Source of the DNA: Gallionellaceae bacterium
GTDB lineage: Bacteria > Pseudomonadota > Gammaproteobacteria > Burkholderiales > Gallionellaceae
Direction: 5' to 3'
Length of the DNA stretch: 64,000 bases
Assembly: GCA_009885195.1 (NCBI GenBank)
Contig: VFLG01000004.1
Location: 33,973-97,972, forward strand
A model generated the notes under the pieces. It did no database searches and was not told the DNA's origin. It was given only the letters and a program-made list of their open reading frames with translations. The position numbers and the translations under genes are program-made. Positions 63,630-64,000 of the stretch are shown here, in pieces; positions within the stretch are counted from its first letter, which is position 1; each line of letters starts with the position of its first letter.

Positions 63630-64000
63630 ATGTTTGATATTTTGATGTTTTTATTTGAGAGTTATTTTTATGCTGGCAGCTACCCCGATCCCGACAAACT
63701 TTCCCGCAAGCTCAGCGCCGCCGGGTTTGAAGACGAGGATATCAATCGGGCGCTGACCTGGCTGTCCGGCCTGAAGCAACTGACCCAGGCCGACTATCCC
63801 GCCGCCATAAATAATAGCGGGGCACGTTGTTACGCCGACCTGGAGGTTAAGCTGGTCAGTCAGGAAGCGCTCCGTTTCCTGGCGTTTTGGGAACAAAACA
63901 AAATGATTACACCTGTTGAACGCGAAATGATACTCGACCGTGCGGTCGCCCTGAAGCGCGAAAATCTGCCGCTGGACAAGGTCAAGCTCATCGCGCTGAT
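63630..64000 (+). CDS. smg: Smg (DUF494) protein, 3'-truncated at window edge
   Basis: Manual translation MFDILMFLFESYF...LSAAGFEDEDINRALTWLSGL; follows dprA. Absent from the ORF track because it runs off the window. Confidence 0.88.
   Translation, partial: MFDILMFLFESYFYAGSYPDPDKLSRKLSAAGFEDEDINRALTWLSGLKQLTQADYPAAINNSGARCYADLEVKLVSQEALRFLAFWEQNKMITPVEREMILDRAVALKRENLPLDKVKLIAL

Overview
The window is mostly core-genome betaproteobacterial DNA. Gene content, gene order and a GAAC-N4-GTTC box upstream of recA point to Gallionellaceae (Gallionella/Sideroxydans-like; inferred). Gene order: fimV(partial)-ecfT-like-truA-trpFBA-accD-[orphan]-folC-dedD-cvpA-purF, SAM-II riboswitch-metZ, cinA-recA-recX-[orphan], hemN, an RsmB-family methyltransferase, an Atm1-like ABC transporter, a c-heme GGDEF/EAL sensor, clsB-EEP-nadA-nudB-barstar-RNase-aspS, icd, csp, clpSA-[orphan], gluQ, dedA-secFD-yajC-tgt, a TetR plus double-RND block separating tgt from queA, tRNA-Leu(CAA), mnmA, HAD-ntrY-like-DUF4390-rsmB-fmt-def and LysM-dprA-smg(partial). 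I found no transposase, integrase, prophage or CRISPR array. The unusual feature is the non-coding DNA: many intergenic gaps hold a small palindromic element. These include ~140-150 bp ERIC/RPE-like structured elements with covarying stems, GTAG- and GGAG-type REP doublets, TTA(A)-flanked MITEs that carry REPs, 7-mer and 9-mer periodic inverted arrays, and a CCCTCTCCC hairpin. Several overlap host stop codons, start codons or ribosome-binding sites, and one encodes a predicted signal peptide. Three AT-richer orphan genes each lie directly upstream of a REP-bearing element. All comparisons were made by eye without database searches.
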